Source of the DNA: Azolla caroliniana
Lineage: Eukaryota; Plantae; Polypodiophyta
Direction of reading: 5' to 3'
Length of the DNA: 64,000 nt
Assembly: GCA_043228905.1 (NCBI GenBank)
Contig: JBHGNT010000006.1
Location: forward strand, 3,224,001-3,288,000
Position numbers and translations under genes: made by a program. This document shows, piece by piece, positions 44,201 through 56,053 of the stretch. The notes under the pieces are model-generated. The model did no database searches, had not been told where the DNA came from, and saw nothing but the letters and a program-made list of their open reading frames with translations. The stretch's first letter is position 1. Every line of letters begins with the position of its first letter.

Positions 44201-44754
44201 CATGAATGGCTATGAAAATCCCAATATGAGCATCGATAGCCATGGAAACCCCAACAAATACAGCCCAATATGACAATGTTGAACGACCTTGAAACCCAAC
44301 ATAACCATCTTGAATGGCCATGGAAAATCTGATATGATTATGCTAAGCAGCCATGGCAAAACCCAACTTGATCACGATGAATGGGCTATGAAAACCTCAG
44401 TGTTTGAGAGTGTTCTCGATGGAGAACAGTGAAAACACAAGAGATCCAACATAGGCAACAAAAATAAGTTCATTGAATGACAAATGTGAGCCAAGAAAGC
44501 CCAAGATTAGAACCCTCCAAAAACAAACACGGAAGAAGAAATGGGTTCATTGTTTATGTTTTGCATACCTTCTCGCCGCGTTCTATGTATTTTACAGCAA
44601 CGAGTTCTTTTGAAACCTTATCGCGCATGAGCCGAGCTACTCCAAAATTGCCCGAACCAATCGCTTTTACGTGTTCATATCGATCATTGTCGTGCAAGAT
44701 AGGAATGTCAAAAGAGCTCCCAATCCCAGCATTATTAGTAGGAGGATTATCCAT
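41219..44754 (-). CDS. SnRK2: SNF1-related protein kinase 2 (subclass III/OST1-like), copy 1, 9 exons, 359 aa
   Basis: Exons 44754-44569, 43601-43527, 43238-43137, 43040-42987, 42692-42600, 42512-42420, 42036-41932, 41853-41755, 41491-41219, all with GT-AG introns. Motifs [34 protein letters not shown] and an acidic tail ending [12 protein letters not shown]. Confidence 0.96.
42764..42939. mobile_element. MITE-like foldback (~176 bp) in SnRK2 copy 1 intron 4
   Basis: Terminal inverted repeats GGGAAAACACCAAAATA / TATTTTGGTGTGTTGCC and inner TTTACCAGAAT / ATTCTGGTAAA. The TSD is not clear. Confidence 0.65.
43780..44405 (-). repeat. Degenerate ~30-35-bp minisatellite in SnRK2 copy 1 intron 1
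   Basis: Recurrent TGAATGGCCATGGAAAACCCAACATGATCA-like units on the + strand. Confidence 0.7.
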
Positions 44755-44771
44755 GAACCTACAGAGAAAGC

Positions 44772-45000
44772 AATAGAGAGAGAGAGAGAGAGAGAGGGAC
44801 AGAAGGAGTGGGTAAAAGACTCCTGGGAAGGAGGAGGAGGAGGAGGAGATTAGAAATCTGGGTTAGGGTTATGATATGGGATTTAGGATTTAGGTTAAGA
44901 TCAAGGTTAAGGTTTGTTCTGTATGAGATTGATGATGATGGTGGTGGTGGTGGTGATGGTGATGGTGATTTTGGGGGGGGGGGGGGGGGGGGGGGATTAG
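44772..45000. repeat. Microsatellite-rich 5' leader of SnRK2 copy 1: (AG)n, (GGA)n, (GGT/GAT)n, poly-G
   Basis: Seen directly upstream of ATG 44754. Confidence 0.85.
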
Positions 45001-46580
45001 GGGAGTGACTATTTACTTTGTTCCATCCATGGCTGCTGCAAGCACAGGAAAACGATGGGTGAAAGGAAAGCAAAAAAGCAAATCAAGGTTCATGGGCGAG
45101 AATTTGGGTATATAAATTATTGCATTTTTACACTTCTTCGTGAACATCCCATCCATCCATCCATCCATCATCGTGCTCATCATCATCATCAGTTAGCGAA
45201 TACAATGGGAATCAACAGACTCTACACTGTGCGTTTGTGTATGTCTGTCTCTCTCTCCCCCAACATGTTCCTTACACCCACCCACCCACCCAGACACACA
45301 CACAAACCTTTGGTTGGGCCCCGGAGGGGGGGGGGGGGGGTGCGGGGGGCCAGGGCCAGTACCGAGTCTCCCGTTCCCGCCCAACACTAACCCATAACTA
45401 AAACAGGCGGACATTACTTCAAATCACGAGCCCCGTTTCAAGTCCATGACATGCTCCGAATAACTAACCCATGCCAAACAGCTCCTTGTGTTGGATGCAC
45501 TCACTACATTGGTTAGTCTTGCCCCCGCGTCCCCATTCAAAATGTGAGTAATATCAAATTGGATTAGCTACATCTTTCGTTGGTCCTCGTTCGATCTGCC
45601 CTCCGCCCTCGAGAACTTCGTACTTTTTGCGCATCGTTGATTGGTTGACAATCTGAGGCCTGATCCAAATGACTTTCGAACCTCACACCATCGATGTGAA
45701 CTCGGAGGCTGAATTTCAGGTGAACAAAACTCGTGAACCAATTCATCGATGAATTGTACGGCCGAACATTCCACGGTTTCTTATTGACCCAAATATGTGG
45801 AACATTCTTTGATGCCATCTAGTCATGGAATACTCTACGATCGGTCTCCAAACATTTGTTATTGTAGCCACACATAAAAAAGGAACATTGCCACAAGTGT
45901 CCCCACCTTGAAAAGGTGACATATTGGCAATCTACCTAGTATGAGAAAACATTAGGTGCACAACCTCAAAAGTTGTCCCTACCAACGATCCTACTAAAGT
46001 GATTCCAAAAATTAGGGCGAGATTTGTGCAACAAGAGTACAATTATATGGTCAAGAGTTAGGGCCAAGAGAGACTAGTCTTCTGTTATTGGAGAGAACCC
46101 ATATGAATATGAGTGACAATATCTCTTCTTTGCCAAAGTGAACAATGTGTTCCTTACCACTATCACCATTGCATTTGACATGGCCCCCAGCTCACAATTG
46201 GCTAATTGTTTGATCCAACCAACTCGCCACATCATGGCCACCACTACCGTTATCACAACAATTGGAATGACCCCCAACTCTATGTTGTAACTATTATCCT
46301 CACATTTGTTGCCACCTCACTCCTTACTTTCGTACCCATTTCCACTCTACACCAACCATATCCCATTTACCAACTTACTCCATCCCATCTATGAACACAC
46401 TTCTTTAGTTCTCTACTAGAAAAATGTCCCCTTCTCACATTGTCAACAAGCCATAAATTGAGCTTCCTTGAAGTGGCCAACGAATCATACGTTGGAATGT
46501 TGCACTTCCAAAGCTCACTATTGACATTGTAAAAACTATGTAATAAGTGCAAAAAAATGCAAAGGTTATGGAAACATGGT

Positions 46581-47065
46581 AGAAAACAAAGAGCACAAAG
46601 AACACAGAGGAAGGGATCAATAAATATCTTTTGACGTCCATAAAAGATTGATTGCCATCTATATGATGGGACACAACCCATTGCGAGGATCAAGCTTGGG
46701 TTCTCTCAACTTTATTATCTTCTTTTGGATAGGGTTAGTATTAAGAATCAAAATATTAATGATAAGCAAGGGATATTAAGAGTAAGAAAATAATGGTTTA
46801 AGAATGCTCAACCACAATTGCACAACGATAGAAAATGAAGAGGACAAGAACACAAAGGGAGAGATCAATAAATATCTTTTCACGTCCATCAGAGACTGAT
46901 TGCGATCTATAGAATGGAACACAACCCATGGTGAGGATCAAACTTTTGTTCCCTCAACTTTATTATCTTCTTCTAGACAGAGCTAGTATTAAGGATCAAA
47001 ATACTAATGGTATACAAGGGATATTAAGAGTAAGAAAATATTAGTTTAAGGATTCTCAACCACAC
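46581..47065. repeat. ~250-bp tandem duplication, probably the U5 end of a decayed minus-strand LTR
   Basis: GATCAATAAATATCTTTT...GAGGATCAA...CTCAACTTTATTATCTTCTT...GGGATATTAAGAGTAAGAAAATA...CTCAACCACA occurs twice. Confidence 0.75.
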
Positions 47066-48099
47066 CAATCATCCCCACACGAAGGACAATAAACGAGTTC
47101 ATGAAATGCCATAAGTGTCTAACACTACCGAACATTACCTTATGTCATACATTGGAAGTCAAGATGTACGGATCCAAAAGAAGCGAACTTTGCCTCATCA
47201 ATAAAGCTTTGAGAGTATCTCGAGATGTCATAATGGAGAGGGCAACTAGTCACATTTATATAGCCTCCTTCTTGTTGTGATTGATGACAAATCTTGTCCA
47301 TGGGCTTGTACATTGATTGTTGCTCAAGGTAGCATTTGTTGCTACAATTAGTTGTTATGACTCAAAACATAAAGAATGCTTGTCATGTGGAGGACCTATA
47401 ATAGTACATCAATTGGGGAATGGTCATCCCATAACAAAAACATGATTAATCCCGACCTCATTGAATATCACTAGTCGATAAGGGATCAATGGTATATAAC
47501 TATGTAAACATAGAGGTGGTAGAATAAATGTTAATTGAACTTCAATTAATTAGTTAGAAAAAATGTATAATAAGTGAGCATTTAAAAACATAGTATACAG
47601 AATTAGAAATTAGTAGATGGTCATTGTGTTTGGATTAAAGATAGTCTAGTTACAACAAAGTTTTATATGGTGTATGCCCACAGTATTGTTTGCCAAAACA
47701 TGAATGCCAAAAGATCACCAAAATATGGCACAAAGAATGTCCATTAGCTATTGGGCAATCATTTGATATTCTTGGTTTGGCAATATGTGGTGTATGTCCA
47801 ACCACGATTACATGAATAAAACATTTATTGAAATGAATTTAAACCTCTTCAATATAATTTCATGTAACAAAACAATTTCTCTTAACTACAATAGGATGCT
47901 TCCAATTGATCTCAAGTTGTATAGATTCATGATTACATAACTCGAATATTCATTGAGTAGATATTTAAACCTCTTCCACACCATTGATAGCAATTTTATT
48001 AACATGCAAATGCAAACTCTTCCACACCATTGATGAAAACCATTTACTCTCACAAAAGAGTCTTAAATTCTAAACAAAACCCTTAAGAACTCCATTTTC

Positions 48100-51000
48100 T
48101 TTGAGTTATAAAATTTAAATCTCGATCTTATCATACATGCATCAATCAATGGAAGACCCCACAAAGATATTGTAAAAGAAAGGGATAGGATAGGAGCACA
48201 CAAGACATCCAAAATGTAGGTTCAATTAGATGTTGAAGGAGGGAAATATGACCTCTTAGGTAAATTGATTACACAAGAGATCAATCGCATGAGAGATGTC
48301 ATATGAAGAGCTTTAAAACCGAAAATGCAAAAGGAGATAGAGAAATAGAAAACAAAGTTGTATAACTCTCTCAAGATGGAGATATTATAAGTCATACGAA
48401 AAGATATCACAAGTCTTGTAAAGAAATTGAACTTACAGCTCAAGGATGAAATGGTGTAGTACCTAGAGGATGAACTATTCTCAAGTAAAGTCACATTAGT
48501 AGTCATTAAATTCAATTTACAAAAAGGACAAAAACACTGTGGAAAAATGAATTTGCACAATTAAAGTCAAATGTAAATAAGGAAATGCACACATGGGTAG
48601 AGATGGCCAAATATGTTTTTTTTTTCCCAAAAAAATACTGCTTCGCATTAGTTAGCAAACAAAATTACATCATAGAACTCTCAAAATTCCTCTCAACAGC
48701 CCTCACTCTGGCCTTCCCATCAAAGCGAACATAGTCCCCACCTCATTTTCAACAAACGTATCCAAACAACTCCAATAACCTAGTTATTTGTACCATAGCT
48801 TTACAAATTTACAACACCTAGGCGTTGTTGGAAACTATTGGGGGAAACAACCATCGGGGTGCTTGGTAGTGCCATTGAGGCCCTGATGATGATTTGCCGA
48901 CCATAGGAGAATTACCCCATTTCAGCAAGAACTTTGATCGAGATCTTTCAACTGCATCAGATTCCCCCTTAATCGAGTTGTATCGTCCCCGCAGCCAAGG
49001 GACCAACTCAAACTAGATATTTATTAATACCTCACCACTAGGGATCTTTTGTTGTTGAAAAACAAACTTACAGCGGTTGGTCCAAATGTGTCAAGACCGA
49101 TAAACAAGCCACCATCCTCCATATCTCTTCAAAAAGTTCTGAGTTAGTGCCAGGTCGAACTCCAGCCCGTTGAAACACCTTGCCACCTTGCACTATAAAT
49201 CCATGTCCGTGAGGGTTTAACTGTTCAACCCAACCTTCCCCTGTTAACTTCAGCCCCTGTACGGACCCCCATACAACTCTCCCATTCACGCCGCATGCTG
49301 CCACTATCCGGAGACTTCTACCCCAAATGTTAATAGCCTCGTTACAATTCCAAAAACAATGAGGAATTGATTCCAAAGGGTGACCACAAATTTTGCATCT
49401 AGCCTCACCACCACGACACTTAAGCCACTCCCCCACTGGTACAGCTTTGTGACTAAGAAGCCACAACCAAAGCTTTATTTTTTCTGGCATATCGAACGCC
49501 CATAGCCTCCTCCAAAACGACTTCAACCAGCCATCAGAAATGCCTTTATCCTTCCAGCTATTGCGAGTTAGGGCAACACCCATCGATTTAGATCCAATGA
49601 TTTGCCTTCCTAGCTTGGTAGTGTACTCGAAAAACCGTTCAAGTTTGTCCGTTCCCGGTTTCTGCCACCACACCTCTAGTGGATCCCAATCCAGATCACA
49701 TATGGGCTTGTTGTCAACTATCCAAAGCTTACAATCAGATTGCAGCTTCCCTGGGTCCGAGTTTACTTGCCACTTCTTACCTTCTAGCATTGCCACTCGT
49801 ACTGCCAACCACTGGCCATTGTCTGCCAAAGCACTTAGGTTGCCCCACCACCAATACTCATTAGATGGGCACTTGCCTCGGATAACTTGTGCATCGTCCT
49901 CACCCACAAACCACCCAAACCAGACCCCCTCTTCTTCATTCATCCTAGCTAGACCATCAACAACCTTATCTATCAAATGGGTAATCTTTTCCAGCCTGCC
50001 AGTAAATCTAGGGCTACCAACCAGTCCCTCCCTTCCTCTCCTTTTGAACTTCTCCCATTCTCTTACTGAACTAACATTGTACTCTACCATTTTTCCCCAT
50101 GGCAAGTATTTTTTCTAACCAAGCATCATACCGTCATCACTTCGAATCCTGGGGTTCCAAAATAGAGGTTGACAGAGTTGTTCCTCCATTGTTTTTGGCT
50201 GCATTAAGACAAGCCCCTCTCTTAAACTTGACCATGCCCTCATTATGGAGCGGGCCACCCTATCCTCCATGCTAGTAGGTTCTTTTAACGTTAGGCCTGG
50301 ACTAAACAGCCACCACGTCTTTGCCGTCCAAGGGCCGCCATTCCTCAGACACCAGAGTTTAGCTCTGTCTCTAAGAAGCAAATTCCACAATTCTGGTCCA
50401 GGTTGGAGACTTCGCACCAAGAGCTTACCAAGTAAAGCCTTACTTTGGTGAACCGGATCCACCAGCCCAAGTCCACCTTGACTTTTTTCCTTGATCAAAC
50501 AACTCCAGGCCACTTTAGCTGACGTTGTCTCATGGTCTCTACCCGACCAAAGGAACCCTCTCACCATTGCCTTAATATTTTTGATGCAGTCTTTATCTAA
50601 CATCCAACATGCCAACGAGTGCCACATGGTGGCCAACAAAATGTGGTTTACCACAACCACTCTACCTGCAAGGGAAAACTTTACTGATGTCCATAACCGA
50701 AGCTTTTTTCTAATTTTGTCTTTCACTTGCTCAAGCTGCTGATTTTTCTGAATCTCTACTCCCACCAAAAAGCCCAAATACTTAACCGCCCTTCCATTAG
50801 GAACCCATTGAAAATCAGCATTAGGTTGCCAATGCGGCCTGGAGTTTGGACTTACCCAAAACCCTCTACTTTTGTTCCAATTAATTTTCCCCCCTGATGC
50901 TTCACAAAACAACTCAATCCGTTTTTCAGCCTGCTGTAAATTAGCATCATTGCCTTGCAAATAGAGCATAGTGTCATCTGCATACATGGAGTCCAACAAG

Positions 51001-53340
51001 TCCTTGCAAGCATGTGGGACGACCAAACCCCGAATTCCTGCATCCGGTCTATTTAGAAAGAAAGAGAATGCCTCTGAAATAAATAAATAAAGATAGGGGG
51101 CCAATGGGCACCCCTGCCGGACAGACTTGCATAATGGCATTGATGGGCCCCGTTGCCCTAATACCAACACCCTACTCAAGCTTCCTTTGTAAAGGGCCAA
51201 CGCAGCTGCTCTCCATTTTGAGGGTAGTCCCAACCGCTCCATGACTTTGTCTAAAAAAGGCCACTGTACTCTGTCATATGCCTTCTCAAAGTCAAGCATG
51301 AGGCATGCAATATGTCAAATAAGTTAAAGCTCAATTTGAGCATAGTTCTAAAAGAAATTAAAGTAAACACTCATTGGATAGAGGTAGTGAAGAAACAAAA
51401 ATGATCATTTGTGAATAAGATGGAAACGATGAACACTACATTAGAGAAAGACGCCAAATGAAAGGTTGTGCATTACGTGTATTTTTTATTAATTGGATTG
51501 AAACCTGAAAAGGGAAGCCCACAAGAAGATGCCAAGAATTTCATAACTCAAATATTCCAATTGCTTTAGCATGGACAGTGAAAAGACATGAGTCTAGAGC
51601 AAAAGCCTTGATCGCCGACTTTCATGGACATAGAAAACAAAAAAACTTTTCTATCCAAGAGGAGGGCAATCAAAGGTGACAAAACATATTCAAATGAATG
51701 ATCTCGCTCAAGCTTGAGTAGGACATCACAAAAGAAACATGTCACGAGTCCTTGACGCAATAACTACAAAGACATCCAAATGCCTCGAAAGTATTTTGTA
51801 TGGACAAAGAAGTCAGTTGGTAAACCTAGATAAAATTAAGGTGATGGTGTTTAACACCACTCAAGCATGGGTAACAAGATCAAGATCAAAATTCTTAGTG
51901 AGAAGAAAAGACGACATAAATATGATCCTTCATGTACATAGGAGTGACATTCGCAAGGCCGTGGTCCTCCTTCTGGGAGGCTACTTGTGCTTGACTTCGT
52001 CGTGGATATGGAGTCCTTTGTGCTCTTGAAAAGTACGCACATTTCCAATTCCAAGAACCACAAACTAGATATTGTTTATTTGATACACCTGCCACACCAA
52101 CTCTTCTCTATGGAGTAGAAACCTTAGGACCAAGTCTTAACAAGACGAATGTTTATAAAGATTTAGAGATATCTTTAGTCTCAATGACTACTTGCATGAT
52201 AAGAAGCAATCCACCAGTACCCCATTATATAATCCAAGCACTGATAATAATCCTTGAGGCATTATTTCGATCACGAATCAATATCCAACATCTTTAAGAC
52301 CTCCCAAAATGAATGCACTAAAGGTTGGTGCTTATGTCATCAAAACAAAATGTTGAACATGGAGATATTCATTGTTGATATGTTGAAAGGCAACGATGGC
52401 TCAAGTTACATGACGTAAGCATAAATGCATTGCCCTTGCTCCAATATAGCTTTATTTTGTCCATCTAAACCTAACCAAAGTATTAAAAAATAGAGTGATC
52501 CAAACTGATATTATCAACTTGGAAAACACAAAAACATGGATTAGGCCCACAACATCTCTTGCTAGGAAGATGGTCCACTATAAGACACGTTTTATACATG
52601 TGGGAGGACATGTGGGAGGATGGATTCATCATCATGGGTTATTATATGGACATACGTCTATCCTATCTGCTACACAATGCGATAGGGTAGTTGTGAACTT
52701 CTTCACATTAGTTAGAGATTGAGATATCGTCAAATATGCACAATTACTTGTAGAAGAAAGATTTTGCAAATTGTGTCATAAAATAGTGGAATATGAAGAA
52801 CACTATTTATCATTGTATCGTTTTATATGGAATAAGAGGGAGATACCATTGTCTTTTTTACCAAGGCTTTGGCCCACTACACACAGTAATGGAATATGAG
52901 GACCAACCATGCTTGGGGTAGTTTCTTGCTAAAACTCAAGAGACACAAGGAGAAGTAGTTGAAGCACATCAATACAACCACACAACATCATCAATAATGA
53001 ATAGTCACAACTTTCTTTCATCCCATTACTCCTACTCATGCGACAAATCAATCAACAATTGCATAAATGAGCTTCTAAACATGACATCGCAAAAGGTTTA
53101 CAATAGATAAGGTAACAACAATTTTTCCAGCATGTCGGCCTCGGTCTTGCGAACCACTATTTCACCACCTTGTCATCGAGAAATAAAGGCCATTATCTTC
53201 CCCCCCCCCCCCATTCCCTCACTTGGAGACCTCTCCATTCTGGATCAACTTAGGATAGAGATATTTCAGAGAAAAAAATTAAAATATATATTACTTGAGA
53301 TGTTGACATGTATAGATGACAAGATTATTTAGTCATGTCT
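48100..53340 (+). mobile_element. Old degenerate non-LTR element (RTE-X/L2-like), host of the L1 insertion
   Basis: VNLDKIKVMVFNTTQAWVTRS at ~51820-51880 and LFDT..TPTLLYGVE at ~52075-52120. Coiled-coil ORF1-like remnants flank the L1 insertion. Boundaries are approximate. Confidence 0.55.
48617..51308 (-). mobile_element. 5'-truncated L1-type LINE (ORF2 RT + zf-RVT), pseudogenised
   Basis: Poly(A) tail (T10 at 48616-48625) and candidate TSD AATATGT (48610-48616, 51309-51315). Motifs LDFEKAYDRV, VRQGCPLAP, YADD, KYLG and CKICGHPLESIPHCFWNC. In-frame TAG at 50115-50117 and a frameshift near 49095. Confidence 0.92.
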
Positions 53341-55163
53341 TATTCCGTTCCTATTTACATTTTTACTTAGTTATGTTTATTTTACTTCCTCATAGTACCC
53401 GAGTGTTTCATGTGATTAAACACAAGTTAAGTCTTTTACATGAAGTTGGTGTCCCTTGATTTAAATGTGACTGAAGAGTGGTTAGATAAAGGTTGACTTC
53501 AGGTAGTTAATATTAAACACCAATAGGCTTAGGGACAATTTGACATGTGTCTTTACACATGTTGCCAACATTGGAGTGGACACTAGTAAGGACTCTGTCA
53601 ATGAAGGAATGTGCTTCGGAGGAACCCCTAAGAGAATTTCACAATGAACCATCCATGATAGATAGCCTATCAAGAGTTTCTTCAAAGTCAATCTTCATTG
53701 TACATTTCCATCCTTATTAAGTTAATAATTATTAACAACAATTATAGTTCCACCTTCATATAAAAGAAGTAAAAATTACATAATGGAACTCTTCATTGAA
53801 CATTTTGACATTTGAATTGTATTAGCACATATTGAAGCATCTATCGACTTTCATGTCATTACAATTCATCTACTTAACATTATTCACAATGGGAATGAAC
53901 ATAAATGCATAGTTAATTGCACTAATTATGATTTTAAATCATTATTGGCCATCTATTTTCTCTCCTAAAATTAGGACATATTGTAGTCTGTAATTTCGAG
54001 TTATCGTATCCACTTTTTGGTTTATAATTAACCCACAATTAAATATTATTCATTCCTACCAATTAAATGAAAAATAATTAAAATACTTTAGTTGGAGTTG
54101 GCATTTCATGGTTGGAGACAACTATTTATTTTTCTAATAAAAAAATGTATAGTGTTAGTCCTTGCATTTAGTGTTGGATGCAAAACAAACTCTATCTTAT
54201 GGTCCATGTGAGTGATGATTCAATCTGGTTTCCATGCTGTTTTATATTTTTGTTTTCATGAGCAAGTTTTGGTTATTTTATGATTTGTGATTTTGTCTCT
54301 TTAAGATTTTACGGTTTTATGAATGTTGTATAAGTGCATGGATAGGTGGAAACGAGGAAACATTTGAAGCAAGAGAAACTATAGCAATAAAGGATCTTTT
54401 TTCAAAGAGATATGTTTGCAAGACATGATCACGATGTCGAGGGCAAATTTGATGCGCAAATGGTATTGCTAGATATACAAGTTTAAACCATTGTGAAAAA
54501 GGTGTAAAGCCTCTTTTAAGCTTATAATATATAATTTTAGGCTTGAAGGAGTTACCACACAACATAAAGAAAGCATCGCCTCATAGTCACGCTACATTTG
54601 ATGGCCACATTAGCAACAACTCAACATAGCCACGTCATATGTCAATCATCTAAAAAGTAGAGTTGGAATTGGCCACTGAACGAAAATGAAAAAAGTAAGA
54701 AACAATTAGCTCAATAATAGAAATCTTCAAATTGTTTATATTAAGAGTGGTCCAGAGTGCCCAAAAAATGAGGTGATGGGATCTAGAGAATTTTTTCAAG
54801 TGTTTGGAAGAGCTAGCAATATGATAACTAATTTTCTTGAGAGCAAGAAGGGCATTTTCGGAAACAAGTAGGTAATCACATGGCACTTAGCATCAACATT
54901 TAGCAACAACTTACAAGTAAGTCATAGATACAAGTTGGAGAAAGATAATTTCAACAGAATATCGACACTATTAATTTAGACACATAGACTTTAGAGCTTT
55001 ATGTTTTTCGATGATTTATTTGTAGGTGTTTCTTTTTGTTCTTTTCATCACGTCAAACCTCTCCAACACTCTTAAAAAGGGCCTTTTTCTTGTTGCTTTC
55101 TCGAACACATAAAAGCTGTGTGTGCGGATACACAATTACAACAAGATTTAAATGTGGAGCACC

Positions 55164-55217
55164 CACGTGTTTACAAGATGGAAGCAAATAAACAATATCT
55201 TACCACATTCACACGTG
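55164..55217 (+). promoter_or_regulatory. Two G-box/ABRE-like CACGTG motifs upstream of SnRK2 copy 2
   Basis: CACGTG at 55164-55169 and 55212-55217, about 0.85 kb upstream of the ATG. Confidence 0.35.
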
Positions 55218-55324
55218 GACATTACCACTTTCCTCCCTCCGTGCGGACAGTGTGAAACGATACCTGATGCTTTGTTTTAAGAAGAGTGTCGGTTTTATAG
55301 CAATCGATATGCGGGGGCATCGGC

Positions 55325-55665
55325 GTAGGGAGCTAACGTTCGACGAGAGATGTATGCATTTAGGGTTCAGGGCATTTGTTACTAGCGTTTAGGGTTTTGA
55401 TGATGTAAGCTTATGGGTAAGTAGGCCAATGTATTCTTGCTATGGCCACGGGGTCTGATTCGAATGGTCGGGCATGGGCTCCGATTGTGTCAGGTCTTGT
55501 GTTTTTTCTTACACCACAAAGTAGCCGATTAGTGTCCGATTCGAAGGGATGTAGGGACCTAACGTTCGATGAGAGATGTATGTAGCTTTTAGGGTTTCAA
55601 TGAGCTAAGCTTATAGTAAGCCAAAGTAGTCTTGCCATGGCCATGGGGTCCGATTTGAAGGGATG
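55325..55665. repeat. Imperfect direct duplication (~226-bp period) in the SnRK2 copy 2 promoter
   Basis: GTAGGGA.CTAACGTTCGA.GAGAGATGTATG...TTAGGGTTT...TAAGCTTAT...TCTTGC.ATGGCCA.GGGGTC occurs twice. Confidence 0.75.
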
Positions 55666-56053
55666 AGCCTAGGAGTGAGTCCATGGGGGCAGGGGAGCAG
55701 GCAGGGGCAGAACAAATTAGAGATATGGCAAGCTTACTTTTGTAAATATATAACCTGAGACAGAAAGGGAATCATCCTCCCCTGTCATCATCATTACTTT
55801 CCCTTTTAAGAACCTAAAAGAGATATATCTCCAGATGATGGTGCCACGGTAACTCCCTGATTATGGTCAACTCTAATCGGATGATAGATCCTTTGTTATT
55901 TTTTCTCTTTCTTCCCTCTGCCATCATCAAATCCTTAAAACCCAAGTAACCGAATTTCCATCCATCTCCCTGACGCACCATTAACCCTCACCTTAAAGCT
56001 AAAACTTAAATCTTAACCCTAACCCCGCATCCTCTCCCTCTCACTGTGGGATC

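Noticed and set aside
44759-45414. Pro-rich and Gly-rich ORFs upstream of SnRK2 copy 1
   Set aside because: They are translations of microsatellites and poly-G runs in the leader/promoter.
45540-45850. GC-richer island resembling a non-autonomous DNA transposon fragment
   Set aside because: No TIR or TSD could be delimited.
54172-55068. Possible ~900-bp solo LTR (TGTTGGA...TCCAACA)
   Set aside because: The flanks (TTTAG / CTCTT) do not form a TSD and there is no second copy in the window.
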